This document shows, piece by piece, positions 37,437 through 48,223 of a stretch of DNA of 64,000 bases (its first letter is position 1; each line of letters opens with the position of its first letter). This DNA comes from an uncultured Chloroflexia bacterium (GTDB taxonomy: Bacteria; Chloroflexota; Limnocylindria; Limnocylindrales; CSP1-4): positions 340,566-404,565 of the forward strand of contig CAVXTU010000004.1 of NCBI GenBank assembly GCA_963764785.1, written 5' to 3'. Both the position numbers and the translations under genes were made by a program. The notes under the pieces were generated by a model, which ran no database searches, was not told where the DNA came from, and worked only from the letters and a program-made list of their open reading frames with translations.

Positions 37437-38375
37437 TCAGTCCGCGGCGTCCCGTGGCACGAAGCCCAGGCGAGCTCGGCCGTCCCGTGCCTTGACCGTG
37501 GCCAGGTGGCGGCGGACGCGCGGGATCACGGGGAGCAGGTCGGTGGCCATGAGCCCGGCGTCCCCGAGCCGCTCGCTGACGTGCTCGCCGGCACGCGCGT
37601 GCAGGAAGACCCCCAGCGATGCCGCATCGAATGGCGTCAGGCCCTGACCGATGAGTGAGGCGATGATGCCGGCCAGCACATCGCCAGTACCCGCTGATCC
37701 CAGCGCCGGAACCTCGAATGAGGCTCGCCGAACGGACCCATCGGCTGCCGCGATCACGGTATCGGCGCCCTTGAGTACGACCACCTGACGCCACGCCATG
37801 GCCGCGTCGTGCGCGGCTGCGCTCCTAGAGTCGTCGTCGTCATCGACCTCGAACCCGAACCGTCGGAACTCACCCGGGTGCGGTGTCAGGACGCAGGCGC
37901 GCACGACGCGTCCTTCCCAGCCGGGTTCCGCGGCCAGCACTGCAAGTGCCCCAGCGTCCACGACGGACGCACAGCCGGTCTGTGCCAGCAGCGCTCCGAC
38001 GAGACGAGCGGTCGACCGGTCAGGCTTCAGGCCGGGACCCACCAGCAGCGCGTCCGCGGGCAACGCAGCCACCTCGGCAGCGGCGGCGTGGACATCGACC
38101 TGGCCCGGCTCGGTCTCCGGCAGCCCGTGCGTGATGATCTCGGGTATCCGACCCAGCAGATACGGCTGCAGCGAGGTCGGCAGGCACACCGTGACAAGGC
38201 CACTTCCGGCCCGCAGCGCAGCAGCCCCGGACATCAGCGCGGCCCCGGCATAGTCGAGGGAGCCGGCCACGCTCACCACCCGGCCGTGGGTGCCCTTGTG
38301 ACCCCGCGGGTCGCGCCTCGGCAACAGGCTCGCCGCCCGCGCCTCATCGAGTGCCTCGACGCGGGCTGCGGTCAC
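37437..38375 (-). CDS. nnrD: ADP-dependent NAD(P)H-hydrate dehydratase (stand-alone YjeF C-terminal domain)
   Basis: 312-aa ORF with HKGTHGRVVSVAGSLDYAGAALMSGAAALRAGSGLV and GTGDVLAG. No N-terminal epimerase domain is present. Confidence 0.88.
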   Translation of the reverse strand: MTAARVEALDEARAASLLPRRDPRGHKGTHGRVVSVAGSLDYAGAALMSGAAALRAGSGLVTVCLPTSLQPYLLGRIPEIITHGLPETEPGQVDVHAAAAEVAALPADALLVGPGLKPDRSTARLVGALLAQTGCASVVDAGALAVLAAEPGWEGRVVRACVLTPHPGEFRRFGFEVDDDDDSRSAAAHDAAMAWRQVVVLKGADTVIAAADGSVRRASFEVPALGSAGTGDVLAGIIASLIGQGLTPFDAASLGVFLHARAGEHVSERLGDAGLMATDLLPVIPRVRRHLATVKARDGRARLGFVPRDAAD

Positions 38376-38938
38376 TCGGTCTCGGCTCCGCCGCCGACGG
38401 ATGTCTCGGCCCCAGCGGCCACGGACTCCGCAGCACGCACCTCCTGGTCCAGATCGCGAAGCGCTCGCATGCGAGCCATCAGCTGCTTCTCGCGATCGCC
38501 CAGGCGTGCCTCGATGTCCACCGGGAAGACGAACTCGCCGCCTTCGGTCCGGATGCCGAAAGCGACCGCCACGGCATACTCGCGTTCATGGCTGATGGAC
38601 ACGGCCACCCGCCCCATGCCCAGTTGGTTGGCCCGTGCCAGGGCGCGATCGTGCAAGCGCACCACCGGCGCGCCGGTGGGCAGTCGGATGATCTCGATCT
38701 CGCGCCAGCCGACGCCACGCACCCCCAGACCGAGGACCTTGCTGACGGCTTCCTTGGCCGCCCAGCGACCCGCGAAGTTCTCGGGCCGGTCACGCACATA
38801 GGCATCCTCGTGGTCGGTCAGGACGCGACCCGCGAACCGACGGCCGTGCTTCGCGATGGCATTTCGGATGCGGTCGACCTTGATGATGTCGACGCCCAGC
38901 TCGGTGGTTCCGGCCGGCGGCGTCGGCAACCCGGTCAT
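38372..38938 (-). CDS. acpS: holo-[acyl-carrier-protein] synthase with about 60-aa C-terminal extension
   Basis: Inner start [24 protein letters not shown] at 38938 (ATGA overlap with glmS stop). AAKEAVSKVLG and SISHEREYAVAVA, followed by the extension ...REKQLMARMRALRDLDQEVRAAE.... Confidence 0.85.
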   Translation of the reverse strand: MTGLPTPPAGTTELGVDIIKVDRIRNAIAKHGRRFAGRVLTDHEDAYVRDRPENFAGRWAAKEAVSKVLGLGVRGVGWREIEIIRLPTGAPVVRLHDRALARANQLGMGRVAVSISHEREYAVAVAFGIRTEGGEFVFPVDIEARLGDREKQLMARMRALRDLDQEVRAAESVAAGAETSVGGGAETE

Positions 38939-40765
38939 TCCACGGTCACCGACTTGGCCAGGTTGCGAGGTTGGTCGATGTCGGTGCCGCGCTCCACGGC
39001 GATGTGATACGCGAACAGCTGCAGCGGGATGATGGACAGCACCGGGCTCAGCATCTCGACGGTCGGTGGTACCCACATGATGTCGTCGGCCACCGCCTTC
39101 ATGCGATCGTCGCCTTCGGTCACCACGGCGATGACCTTGGCGTCGCGCGCGCGCCCCTCCATGAGGTTGCTGACGAGCTTGTCGTGGACGGCCGTACGCG
39201 TGGCCACCGCGACGAGGGGAACCTGTGCGTCGAGCAGCGAGATCGGCCCGTGCTTGAGCTCGCCGGCAGCATAGCCCTCGGCGTGCACGTAGCTGACCTC
39301 CTTGAGCTTCAGCGCGCCCTCCAGCGCCACCGGATAGGTGATGCCGCGACCCACGTACATGTAGCCGCGAGAGCCGACATAGCGACGCGCCAATCGGCCT
39401 GCCTGTGCTTCGTTGAGCTCAAGCGCGCGTTCGGCGTTGGCCGGCAGGGCCAGCAACGCTTCCACCAGGGTCTTCTCGTAGAGGGCATCGAGGGTGCCGC
39501 GCGACTTGGCGATCTGCGCGGCCAACAGCAACAATGTGACCACCTGGGTCACATAGGTCTTGGTCGCGACGACCGCGATCTCGGGACCTGCCTGGAGGAA
39601 CAGCACCGCATCGGCTTCCCGGGTGATGGCGGAGCCCACCGTGTTGGTGATCGCGACCACGGGACAGCCACGCTCCCGGGCCAGGCGCGTGGGCGCCAGT
39701 GTGTCCGCAGTCTCGCCCGACTGCGTCACGGCGATGACCAGCGTCTTGGGATCCAGCGGCGGTGGATCGTAGCGGAATTCAGAGCCGATGTTCCAGCGTG
39801 CCGGCAGGCCCGTCCAGGCCTGGAGCGCGGTCGCCGCTACAGCGGCGGCATAGGCGGCTGTGCCACAGGCCACCAGCTCGATGCGTTCGAGGTACGGCAG
39901 GATGGCGCGCAACGGCTCCAGCTCCGGCACGCGCACTTCGTCGGCGTGGATGCGTCCAGCGATGGCGGCCCGGATGGCCTCGGGCTGCTCATGGATCTCC
40001 TTGAGCATGTAGTGCTCATAGCCACCCTTCTCGGCCGCCTCGAGATCCCAGTCGATGAGGTGCTCGGGGCGTACCTGTGGTCGGCCCACCAGGTCGCTGA
40101 TGACGATCGAATCGGGCCGGATGTCGGCGACATCGCCCTCTTCGAGGAAGATGACCCGGCGAGTGTGGGCCAGGACCGCAGCGACATCCGAGGCCAGGAA
40201 GGCCTCCCCGTCTCCCAGTCCTACGATGAGCGGCACGTTCATCTTGGCGCCGACGATACGGTCGGGCTCACCCTTGTGGATGACCGCCAGGGCATACGCA
40301 CCATGGGCGCGCTGCAGCGCCGTTCGCACCGCGGCGGACAGGTCCCCGTCGTAGGCCTCCTCCACCAGGTGGGCGATCGCCTCGGTGTCTGTCTCCGAAT
40401 TCAAAGACATGGCCGGCCGCTTCCAGCTCCGCACGCAGCTCGATGAAGTTCTCGATGATGCCGTTGTGGATCACCGTCAGGTCGCCGGTGCAATCGACAT
40501 GGGGATGGGCATTGAGGTCGTTGGGACGACCGTGCGTGGCCCAGCGCGTGTGACCCAGTCCTGCCGTCGACGGCGGTGTGCCTTCGGCCAGGGCCTTCTG
40601 GAGCTCGACGATCTTGCCGGCGCGCTTGCGTACGAAGAGGTCACCGGCTTCGGTGATCAGGGCGATACCGGCGGAGTCGTAGCCGCGATATTCCAGGCGG
40701 GCCAGGCCTTCCAGCAGGACGGGCGCGGCCTGGTGATGTCCGACGTAACCGACGATGCCACACAT
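38935..40765 (-). CDS. glmS: glutamine--fructose-6-phosphate aminotransferase, one frame break
   Basis: [33 protein letters not shown]...HTRWATHG is in ORF 40268..40765. [12 protein letters not shown]...two SIS domains...AKSVTVE is in ORF 38935..40434. The shift is near 40396-40402. Confidence 0.93.
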
Positions 40766-40775
40766 CTGGGTAGGC

Positions 40776-42104
40776 CTAGTTCAATCGCTCAGCGGCGAGC
40801 GCCGCGAGCTCATCGGCGAGACGCATCACATGGCCCGCATCCCGGCCTTCGACCATGACGCGGATGGCGGGCTCCGTGCCGGATGCTCGCACTACGACAC
40901 GCCCATCCTCGGCCAGCTCCGCCTGGGCCGAGGCGATGGCATCGGTCAGCGTCCGATCAGCGCCCCAGGCCTTGTGGCGCACGCGAATGGTGCGCTGCTG
41001 TTGCGGATCGAGCGGGATGGCCGCGGCAAGCTCCGAGAGCCGGCGGCCGCTGCGTGCGAGGATGTCCAGGGTCTCGAGGGCGGTGACGATGCCGTCTCCT
41101 GTGGTGGTGTGCTCACGGATGATGACGTGCCCACTCTTCTCGCCACCCAGGCCGGCATCCGAGATGAGCATCGAATCGACGATGTAACGATCACCCACCT
41201 TGGTGCGCAGCACGTGTCCCCCGGCCGCTTCGATGACCCGCGCCAGTCCTCCGTTGGAGAGGATGCTCACCACGACCGTCTTCTCCGCCAGCGCGCCGCG
41301 GGCCAGACGATCCAGCGCGATGATGCCCAGCAGCTGATCGCCGTCGACCACCTCGCCGCGCTCATCGATGGCCACACATCGGTCAGCGTCGCCGTCGAGA
41401 CTGAAGCCCACGTCGCCACCCTGCTCGGCCACGATGGCGGCCAGCGCCCCGGGCACGGTAGCCCCACATTCGAGGTTGATGTTGCAGCCGTCGGGCTCGT
41501 CGTAATGCGCTTCGATCGAAGCCCCGGTGGCGCTCAGGATGACCGGAGCCACCACCGACGCGGACCCGTTGGCGCAGTCCACGTGGAGTCGCAGGTCGGA
41601 ACCCACCCGGCGCGCCATCTCCAGCCGATGCTCCAGATAGTGGTCCATGTCGGCACGTGCGTCGACGACACGCCCCAGTTCATCGTTGCGCGGGCTCCCC
41701 AGCTCCTCGGAGCGGATGATGAGCGTCTCGAGCTCATCCTCCATGACGTCATCGAGCTTCAGGCCGTTACCATCGAGGACCTTGAGGCCGTTGTCCTCGG
41801 CTGGGTTATGCGATGCGCTCACCATGACGCCGGCGGCATAGTCACGCACCGCGGTGACATGTGCAAGGGCCGGCGTGGGACAGACGCCCAGGGCGTGGAC
41901 ATCAGCGCCGGCGCTGGTACAGCCCGACATCAGCGCCGCCACCAGCATGTCGCCGGAGCGGCGCGTGTCCTGTCCGATGAGGATCCGCCCACCCGGGCCG
42001 GCCAGCTCGGTGGCGATGGCCCGACCCAGCGCATGCGCCAGCGACGGCTTGAGATCCTCGTTGGCGACACCGCGGATGCCGTCGGTGCCGAACAGGCTGC
42101 TCAT
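40776..42104 (-). CDS. glmM: phosphoglucosamine mutase
   Basis: 442-aa ORF with [23 protein letters not shown] and DGDADR. Confidence 0.95.
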   Translation of the reverse strand: MSSLFGTDGIRGVANEDLKPSLAHALGRAIATELAGPGGRILIGQDTRRSGDMLVAALMSGCTSAGADVHALGVCPTPALAHVTAVRDYAAGVMVSASHNPAEDNGLKVLDGNGLKLDDVMEDELETLIIRSEELGSPRNDELGRVVDARADMDHYLEHRLEMARRVGSDLRLHVDCANGSASVVAPVILSATGASIEAHYDEPDGCNINLECGATVPGALAAIVAEQGGDVGFSLDGDADRCVAIDERGEVVDGDQLLGIIALDRLARGALAEKTVVVSILSNGGLARVIEAAGGHVLRTKVGDRYIVDSMLISDAGLGGEKSGHVIIREHTTTGDGIVTALETLDILARSGRRLSELAAAIPLDPQQQRTIRVRHKAWGADRTLTDAIASAQAELAEDGRVVVRASGTEPAIRVMVEGRDAGHVMRLADELAALAAERLN

Positions 42105-43314
42105 GAGGACGGCTCGACCGCTACGCGCACGGTCGGTGGGGTAAGGCTCACCACGGAGGTTCCACGAGGAGCTTCGACGGTCGGCATGACGTCATTGTCG
42201 CCTACCTGCAGGTCGCCCACCGGAACCGCTGCGATGAGGCCCTTCGGATCAAGCGCATCGAGCTGCGCGACCGGTCCCGAGATGATGACATTGACCGATG
42301 GCTCCGCGACGCATAGGTGAAGCCCGGCTGGGCGCCGACCAGCGCCGTCCCGACCTCGTAGCTGCGCGAGCCCACGGCATCGGTGAACGTCACGATGACG
42401 CTGACCGTTCCTTCACCGGGGCTGGTGACCTCATCAGGAAAGACCAGGGGCACGTCCGTGACCATCTCGACGGACTGATCGGAGATGTCGACCGGGGCCG
42501 TCATGACCGACTCCAGTCGATTGATGGCCGGGTTCTCGCCGCTGACGGTGACCGACGCGGGCACGACCGAGACATTGTCGACACGCCGTCCACGCGCCGG
42601 CTGCCCGATAAGGTCGGGGATGACCGGAACGGTGGCGTAGGCCAGCTGGCGCGCCACATCGGCACGGACGCGGACGAGGCGCGGATCCACTTCGATACCG
42701 GGGACGACCACTCCCAGCTCATCGAGGGCATCGACTCGGACATCCTCATCGATGTTGATCCCGCTGGCATCGACCACGAAGTTGCCCTCCACGCTGCGCA
42801 CGTTCTGAAGGCGGGAGCTTGCGCCGCTGATCGTGACCTGATTGGGGTCGGTGGTGATGGGACCCATCTCGATGCCTTCGGGAAGCGGACCATGGTCGAC
42901 GGTGACTGGCATGGTCCGGGTGACGACCTCGTCGACGCGCACCGTGACGCCGGTAGGCGAGTAGTCCACTACCCGAACGCGCGGATCGACCGGAAAGACG
43001 TCGACCGGCACCTCCACCGGCTCGGCGCCAGCCCGTGGCTGGACATTGGAGAGGTCGATGCTGGCCCGGAAGCTGTCATTGGTCAGAGCATCGGCGATGT
43101 CCGCAGGGGCCCGGTATTCGATGCTATCCACGACGCCGGGATGGTCCAGCAACGCACCACCGACGGGCGCGTTGAGCACCTCGATGGGGACCGGGCCGTC
43201 GAACGAGCGGGTCGAGTCCGCGAGTGCCAGACCGGCATACAGCAGTGTCGCAAGCAGCAGAGCCATGAGCTTGAGCGGCCAGTGTCCGAAGATGAGCCGT
43301 CCGACGTTGCTCAC
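42101..43314 (-). CDS. cdaR: CdaA regulatory protein CdaR (YbbR-repeat protein), one frame break near the 3' end; 5' boundary uncertain
   Basis: A TM helix WPLKLMALLLATLLYAGLAL is followed by repeated YbbR-like segments. The last about 65 aa (EPSVNVIISGPVAQLDALDP...VRVAVEPSS) are in another frame that ends in a TGA overlapping the glmM ATG (ATGA at 42101-42104). The shift is near 42300-42312. Candidate GTG start at 43314. Confidence 0.75.
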
Positions 43315-44247
43315 TCCGGTGCACGCCTTCGTGCCATGGTTGGGCTTCGGCGCGGATCCTGAGGGGGTCGTGGCTACCGGATCAGCCGCCTGGGCATCAC
43401 CATCACCTTGGTCGTCGGCGCCGGAGCCATTGCCACGCCACGCGTAGCGGCGCGCACGACCCGGCACGTCCGGCGGCGCCAGCAAGCCGTAGAGGCGCTG
43501 CCGCAGCTCATCCTCATCGAGGTCGTGGATGATCCGACCGCCCTGGGTCAGGCTGATGGCGCCGCTCTCCTCGCTGACCACGATGGCCAATGCATCGGTC
43601 TGCTCGGTCACCCCCAGCGCAGCGCGATGACGTGTGCCGTATTGCTCCATGGAGCCGGTCCGTTCAGCCAACGGCAGCATCACGCCCGCGGCCACGACAT
43701 GGTCGCCGCTTACGATCACCGCGCCGTCGTGGAGCGGATAGCCCGGAGCGAACAACGAGGCCAGCAGCTCCGAGGACAGTCGGCCGTCCACCTCGATCCC
43801 GTTCTCGGCCATGTCGCCGAGGGCGGTGTCACGCTCGATGACGATGAGGGCACCGGTGTGACGGCGCGAGAGCTTGGCCGCCGACGATGCCAGCATGGTG
43901 GCCACCCGCTGGTAGCCGCTCGGATCCGAGCCACTCAACCAGCCCCAGGAGCCCACCCGCCCGAGACGGTCGAGGGCGCGACGCAACTCCGGCTGGAAGA
44001 CGACCACCAACGCCACCAGGCCGACCACGGCCCCGGTCTGGAGGATCCCGGAGAGCAGTCGCAGGTCCAGCTCAAGCGCGATGACGTAGACGGCGTAGAC
44101 GATGGTGACACCGATGGCCAATCGCACGGCCCTCGTACCCTGGATGAGCCGAAGGACGACATAGATGAGGACCGCCGTCAGGAAGATATCGAGGAGCGCC
44201 CTCGGTTCGAGCAGGTCACCGCCCGCCAGGCCGGTCAACTGATCCAT
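43311..44247 (-). CDS. cdaA: diadenylate cyclase CdaA (DisA_N domain, three N-terminal TM helices); 3' boundary uncertain
   Basis: The start of ORF 42202..44247 carries TM segments plus RHTGALIVIERD, LHDGAVIVSG, YGTRHRAALG and VSEESGAISL. As assembled it reads straight into cdaR with no stop. An alternative frame gives a TGA at 43311-43313, forming a GTGA overlap with the candidate cdaR start. Confidence 0.8.
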
Positions 44248-44302
44248 CTGGCTCGCAGCCTACCACCGGTCCCGGTGCCCAGCGCTTCCCGGTGCGCGGT
44301 CA

Positions 44303-45040
44303 TCAGTGACGCGCCGCGGCGAGGCGCTCCAACTCCGGCGACAACGCGCGATGGTCACGTGCCAGGGCATGCAGGGCCGATCGTCGTCGAGGGTCGTCGT
44401 CGATGTCCAGCCTGCGCTCGATGAGCGTGACTCGCTGGACGCCGTGCTCCACCCAGCCGAGGCGCAGGTACATCACCGCCATGGTGAAGTGGACGTCGAT
44501 GTTGCCCGGATGCGCCTCCAGCGCCCGCAGGCAGGCGTCGAGCGCGGCATCGAAATCGTTGGCCGCCGAATAGCCGTTGGCGGCGCTCAGATAGGCAAGG
44601 CAGGCGGTATCTCGGTCGCCAGCGGCACGCGCGGCGGCGCCAGCCTGGATGTGCTGCTCCAGCTCCAGCGAACGAGGGTCGACCGTGGGTGCGGTGCGTT
44701 GGCCGGCTCGCTCCATGGCTTCGAGGTCACCCGCTCGCTGACGTAGGGCGCCAGCTTCGGCGGCCTTGCCGTCCGCATCAAGCGCCTGGGCCTTGCCGCG
44801 CATGGCATCGAGATCACCCGGCGCTCGTTTGAGCGCCTCGTCGAACGCGCGCAGGGCCTCCTTCGGCTGGCGCATCTGGAGGTAGACCGTGCCCATCGAG
44901 ACGAACGGCACCGGTCGCTGCTCGGCGAGCCTGCCGGCTTCCTCGTAGTGCTGTATGGCCTCGCGCGGGCGGCCCTTGGCGACAGCGACATGGCCACGTC
45001 GCAGGGCTTCCTTGTAGCGAGTCGAGATGGGATCCGTCAT
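44303..45040 (-). CDS. tetratricopeptide-repeat protein
   Basis: 245-aa ORF with repeated A-x-x-Y/A-x-x-A-L helical-pair pattern (EAIQHYEEAGRL, EALRAFDEALKRAP, DTACLAYLSAANGY, ALDACLRALEAHPGN). Confidence 0.7.
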   Translation of the reverse strand: MTDPISTRYKEALRRGHVAVAKGRPREAIQHYEEAGRLAEQRPVPFVSMGTVYLQMRQPKEALRAFDEALKRAPGDLDAMRGKAQALDADGKAAEAGALRQRAGDLEAMERAGQRTAPTVDPRSLELEQHIQAGAAARAAGDRDTACLAYLSAANGYSAANDFDAALDACLRALEAHPGNIDVHFTMAVMYLRLGWVEHGVQRVTLIERRLDIDDDPRRRSALHALARDHRALSPELERLAAARH

Positions 45041-45156
45041 CTCAATCCAGCATAGTTCCCAGGCGCAGCAGCACGATCCGACGATGGTCCCGCGCAGGGA
45101 TAGGCGTGATGCCCGCTGGCCGAGATCGGCTGCCGCCCCGACCTGTCGTCAGTGGA

Positions 45157-45552
45157 TCAGCGCTTGGTGAACTGGGGCGCCTTGCGAGCTCGCTTGAGGC
45201 CGTACTTCTTGCGCTCCTTCATGCGTGGGTCGCGAGACAGGAGACCAGCCTGGCGCAGCGGTCCACGCGCCGCCGGATCCGACTGCAGGATGGCCCTGGC
45301 GATGCCGTGGCGGATCGCCCCAGCCTGGCCATGGTGGCCACCGCCCTGCACCTTGATCATGGCGTTGAACTGGCCCTCGGTGCCGGTGACGCGGAAGGGC
45401 ATCATGATGTCCGACAGGTCGACGGCGTTGCCGAAGTGGTCCTCCAGGCTGCGGCCGTTGACGACGACCTCGCCTTCGCCAGCGAGGAGTCGGACGCGAG
45501 CGATGGCCGTCTTGCGGCGACCGGTACCTTCATGGAAGCTGACCTGGTTCAT
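45157..45552 (-). CDS. rpsI: 30S ribosomal protein S9
   Basis: 131-aa ORF ending [18 protein letters not shown]. Confidence 0.97.
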   Translation of the reverse strand: MNQVSFHEGTGRRKTAIARVRLLAGEGEVVVNGRSLEDHFGNAVDLSDIMMPFRVTGTEGQFNAMIKVQGGGHHGQAGAIRHGIARAILQSDPAARGPLRQAGLLSRDPRMKERKKYGLKRARKAPQFTKR

Positions 45553-45998
45553 GAGCTAGCGCCTCCTGCGACCGGCGCAGGGACCGGCTGTTGTGCCTCG
45601 TGCGGATGATCCTTGCCGGCGTAGACCTTGAGCTTGCGCAGCTGTTGTGTGCCCAGCCGGGTGTGCGGCACCATGCCCTTGACGGCACGACGAACGACCT
45701 CCTCGGGGCGACGCTCGAGCAGGTGACTGAGGGTCTCTTCGCGGAGGCCACCCGGGTAGCCGCTGTGACGGTAGTAGACCTTGGACTCCAGCTTGTCGCC
45801 GGTGACCTTGATCTTCTCGGCGTTGATCACGATGACGTGGTCGCCGGTGTCGATGTGCGTCGCATACGTGGTCTTGTGCTTGCCAGTCAGCAGTCTGGCC
45901 ACGCGCGTGGCGAGACGGCCGAGCGTCTGACCGTCGGCATCGACGACCAGCCACTGGCGTTCGATCTCACTTGCCCTTGGCGTGTAGGTCCTGCTCAT
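45549..45998 (-). CDS. rplM: 50S ribosomal protein L13
   Basis: [42 protein letters not shown]. An alternative upstream ATG is at 46010. Confidence 0.95.
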   Translation of the reverse strand: MSRTYTPRASEIERQWLVVDADGQTLGRLATRVARLLTGKHKTTYATHIDTGDHVIVINAEKIKVTGDKLESKVYYRHSGYPGGLREETLSHLLERRPEEVVRRAVKGMVPHTRLGTQQLRKLKVYAGKDHPHEAQQPVPAPVAGGASS

Positions 45999-46791
45999 GG
46001 CCCCTGTCATTCTTCCTTCGTTGTTCTTGTCTTCGTGACGGTCCGATGGTCACCCGTCGCAGGCACAGACCCTGCGTCGGAGCGACAGCCCCGTCAAATG
46101 CTCGGCCGGGCGAGCGAAGCTCGTTCACCAGGTCCTCCGCGGTGGCCCTCCCCATCCCGATGCGGATGAGTGCGGCCGCGATGCTTCGCACCATCTGTCG
46201 CAGGAAGGCGTCTCCGATCACATCGATGGTGACCAGATGACCCCGTCGCACGACCCGGACCTCATGGAGCCTCCGGATGGCGCTGTGCTGAACGCTTCCG
46301 AAGGCCGAGAAGTCGTGCTGGCCCACCAGGTGACTGGCGGCGTCCTGCATGGCCTCGGCATCGAGTCGTTCCTCGAGCTCGTAGACGTAGCGTCGGCGCA
46401 ATGGCCTGCGCCGGCCCGTCCAGATGCTGTAGCGGTACTCCCTCCGCGTCGCAGCGCGACGAGGATCGAAGTCCAACCCGACCCGTCTCAGTGGTCCGAT
46501 CGCGACATCAGGAGGCAAGAGCGCCCCGATGGCTCGACCGAGCTGCTTCGCGGGCCTGTCACCGTGCCAGGTGAACGCGATCACCTGCCCGGTAGCATGC
46601 ACCCCGGCGTCCGTCCGACCGGCCGCGTCGACCCGGATGCGCGGTCCACCCGACAGGTGGGCCAAGGCGCGTTCCAGCTCTCCCTGGACGGTCCGACGAC
46701 CAGGCTGGGCCTGGAAGCCGGCGAACTCGGTGCCGTCATATTCGACCCGTGCGCGGTACCGCACGGGGCCGCCCTCTCGGGCAGTCTTCAT
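45967..46791 (-). CDS. truA: tRNA pseudouridine(38-40) synthase
   Basis: 274-aa ORF with YRARVEYDGTEFAGFQAQPG and GRTDAGVHATGQV. Confidence 0.92.
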   Translation of the reverse strand: MKTAREGGPVRYRARVEYDGTEFAGFQAQPGRRTVQGELERALAHLSGGPRIRVDAAGRTDAGVHATGQVIAFTWHGDRPAKQLGRAIGALLPPDVAIGPLRRVGLDFDPRRAATRREYRYSIWTGRRRPLRRRYVYELEERLDAEAMQDAASHLVGQHDFSAFGSVQHSAIRRLHEVRVVRRGHLVTIDVIGDAFLRQMVRSIAAALIRIGMGRATAEDLVNELRSPGRAFDGAVAPTQGLCLRRVTIGPSRRQEQRRKNDRGHEQDLHAKGK

Positions 46792-46836
46792 CTTGTCCGT
46801 CAGTCCAGACGCGGTGCGTCGGGTCAGGCGGGTTGG

Positions 46837-47190
46837 CTAGACCAGCTCGAGCTGCACCATGGGTGCGTTGTCACCGGCCCGAGGGCCTAGCTTGACGACC
46901 CGGGTGTAGCCCGAATTGCGATCCCCGTATCGGGGCACGATCTCGTCGAAGAGCTTCTCGATCACGAGCGGTTCATTGGGCAGCTCCGAAACGATGCGGC
47001 GCCGCTCGGCCAGCGTCCCGCCCTTGGCCAGGGTGATGACACGCTCGACCATGCCGCGGACCTCCTTGGCCTTGGCCTCGGTGGTCTTGATCTGTTCGTA
47101 GCGCAGCACCGAGACGATGAGGTTCGCGTACAGCGCCTTTCGGGGCGCCGTCTTGCGGCCGAACTTGCGACCATCGATGCGGTGGGCCAT
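46837..47190 (-). CDS. rplQ: 50S ribosomal protein L17
   Basis: 117-aa ORF with MAHRIDGRKFGRKTAPRKALYANL...TTEAKAKEVR. Confidence 0.97.
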   Translation of the reverse strand: MAHRIDGRKFGRKTAPRKALYANLIVSVLRYEQIKTTEAKAKEVRGMVERVITLAKGGTLAERRRIVSELPNEPLVIEKLFDEIVPRYGDRNSGYTRVVKLGPRAGDNAPMVQLELV

Positions 47191-47192
47191 CG

Positions 47193-48215
47193 CTACTCGT
47201 TCTCCTCGAAGGGCTGCTCGTCCTCATCGAGGTCGAGGTCATCGTCCTCCGCGGTCGCATCGAACCCGTCGAGCGACTCATCTTCCGGCGGCAGGAAGCC
47301 ACGCATGCGCAGGCGGTCCTTCATCTCGTCGAGGGACTTCTTGCCGAAGTTGCGCATCCGCAGCAAGTCCTCATCCTGGAGCTGCAGCAGCTGGCCGACC
47401 TTGACGATGTTGTTGCGCTTGAGCGAGTTATAGGCGCGCATCGGAAGATCGAGGTCCTCGATGGGCATGTCCAGGACGTTGGGCGGCAGCGTCTCACTAC
47501 CGGCCACCGCCTCGACCTCGCTGGTCAGCTTGCGACCAGCGGTGGTGAACTGGCCGAACTGCTCTACCAGCAGCTCAGCGGCTCGCGACAGCGCCTCTTC
47601 CGGGGAGATCGTGCCGTCGGTCTCGATGATCAGGGTGAGCTTGTCGTAGTTGGTGACCTGCCCGACGCGGGTGTTCTCGACGTGATAGTCGACCCGGCGG
47701 ACCGGCGTGAAGATGGCGTCGACTGGGATGACCCCGATGGGAAGGCCCTCCTTGGTGTCGTCAGCGGACAGATAGCCCGTCCCCCGTTCGACCGTGAGGT
47801 CCATCTCGATGGTGGCATCCGGCTCCAGCGTCAGGACGTGCTGGTCCGGGTTGACGATCTCCACATCGGCAGACTCGATGATGTCCGCAGCGGTGACCGG
47901 TCCGGCGCCGTTCTTGAGCAGCTTCAGCTGGGTGGGATGCGGGACGTAGCTCTTGAGCCGCAGCCGCTTGAGGTTGAGGAGGATCTGGATGACGTCCTCC
48001 TTGACCCCGGGAATGGTGCTGAACTCATGGCTGACGTCACGGATCTGGACAGACGTAACCGCGGCACCCTCCAGCGAGGAGAGCAGCACGCGGCGCAGGG
48101 CATTGCCCAGCGTGACGCCGTATCCGGCGCGCAGCGGGCTGGCCTCGTACTTGCCATAGGTCTCGGTCTCGAGCTCCTCGACGGACTCGATCTGGGCGTT
48201 TTCCAACTCGATCAT
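47193..48215 (-). CDS. rpoA: DNA-directed RNA polymerase subunit alpha
   Basis: 340-aa ORF with GYGVTLGNALRRVLLSSLEGAAVTSVQI and the C-terminal domain LDLPMRAYNSLKRNNI, followed by an acidic tail. Confidence 0.97.
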   Translation of the reverse strand: MIELENAQIESVEELETETYGKYEASPLRAGYGVTLGNALRRVLLSSLEGAAVTSVQIRDVSHEFSTIPGVKEDVIQILLNLKRLRLKSYVPHPTQLKLLKNGAGPVTAADIIESADVEIVNPDQHVLTLEPDATIEMDLTVERGTGYLSADDTKEGLPIGVIPVDAIFTPVRRVDYHVENTRVGQVTNYDKLTLIIETDGTISPEEALSRAAELLVEQFGQFTTAGRKLTSEVEAVAGSETLPPNVLDMPIEDLDLPMRAYNSLKRNNIVKVGQLLQLQDEDLLRMRNFGKKSLDEMKDRLRMRGFLPPEDESLDGFDATAEDDDLDLDEDEQPFEENE

Positions 48216-48223
48216 GGGCGGCG

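Noticed and set aside
45967-46010. The 32-44 nt overlap between the truA 3' end and the rplM 5' end, as a sign of another frameshift or a mis-called stop.
   Set aside because: The truA tail (…[22 protein letters not shown]) looks poorly conserved. No alternative frame gives a better ending, and the overlap is modest. It is left as annotated with the uncertainty noted.
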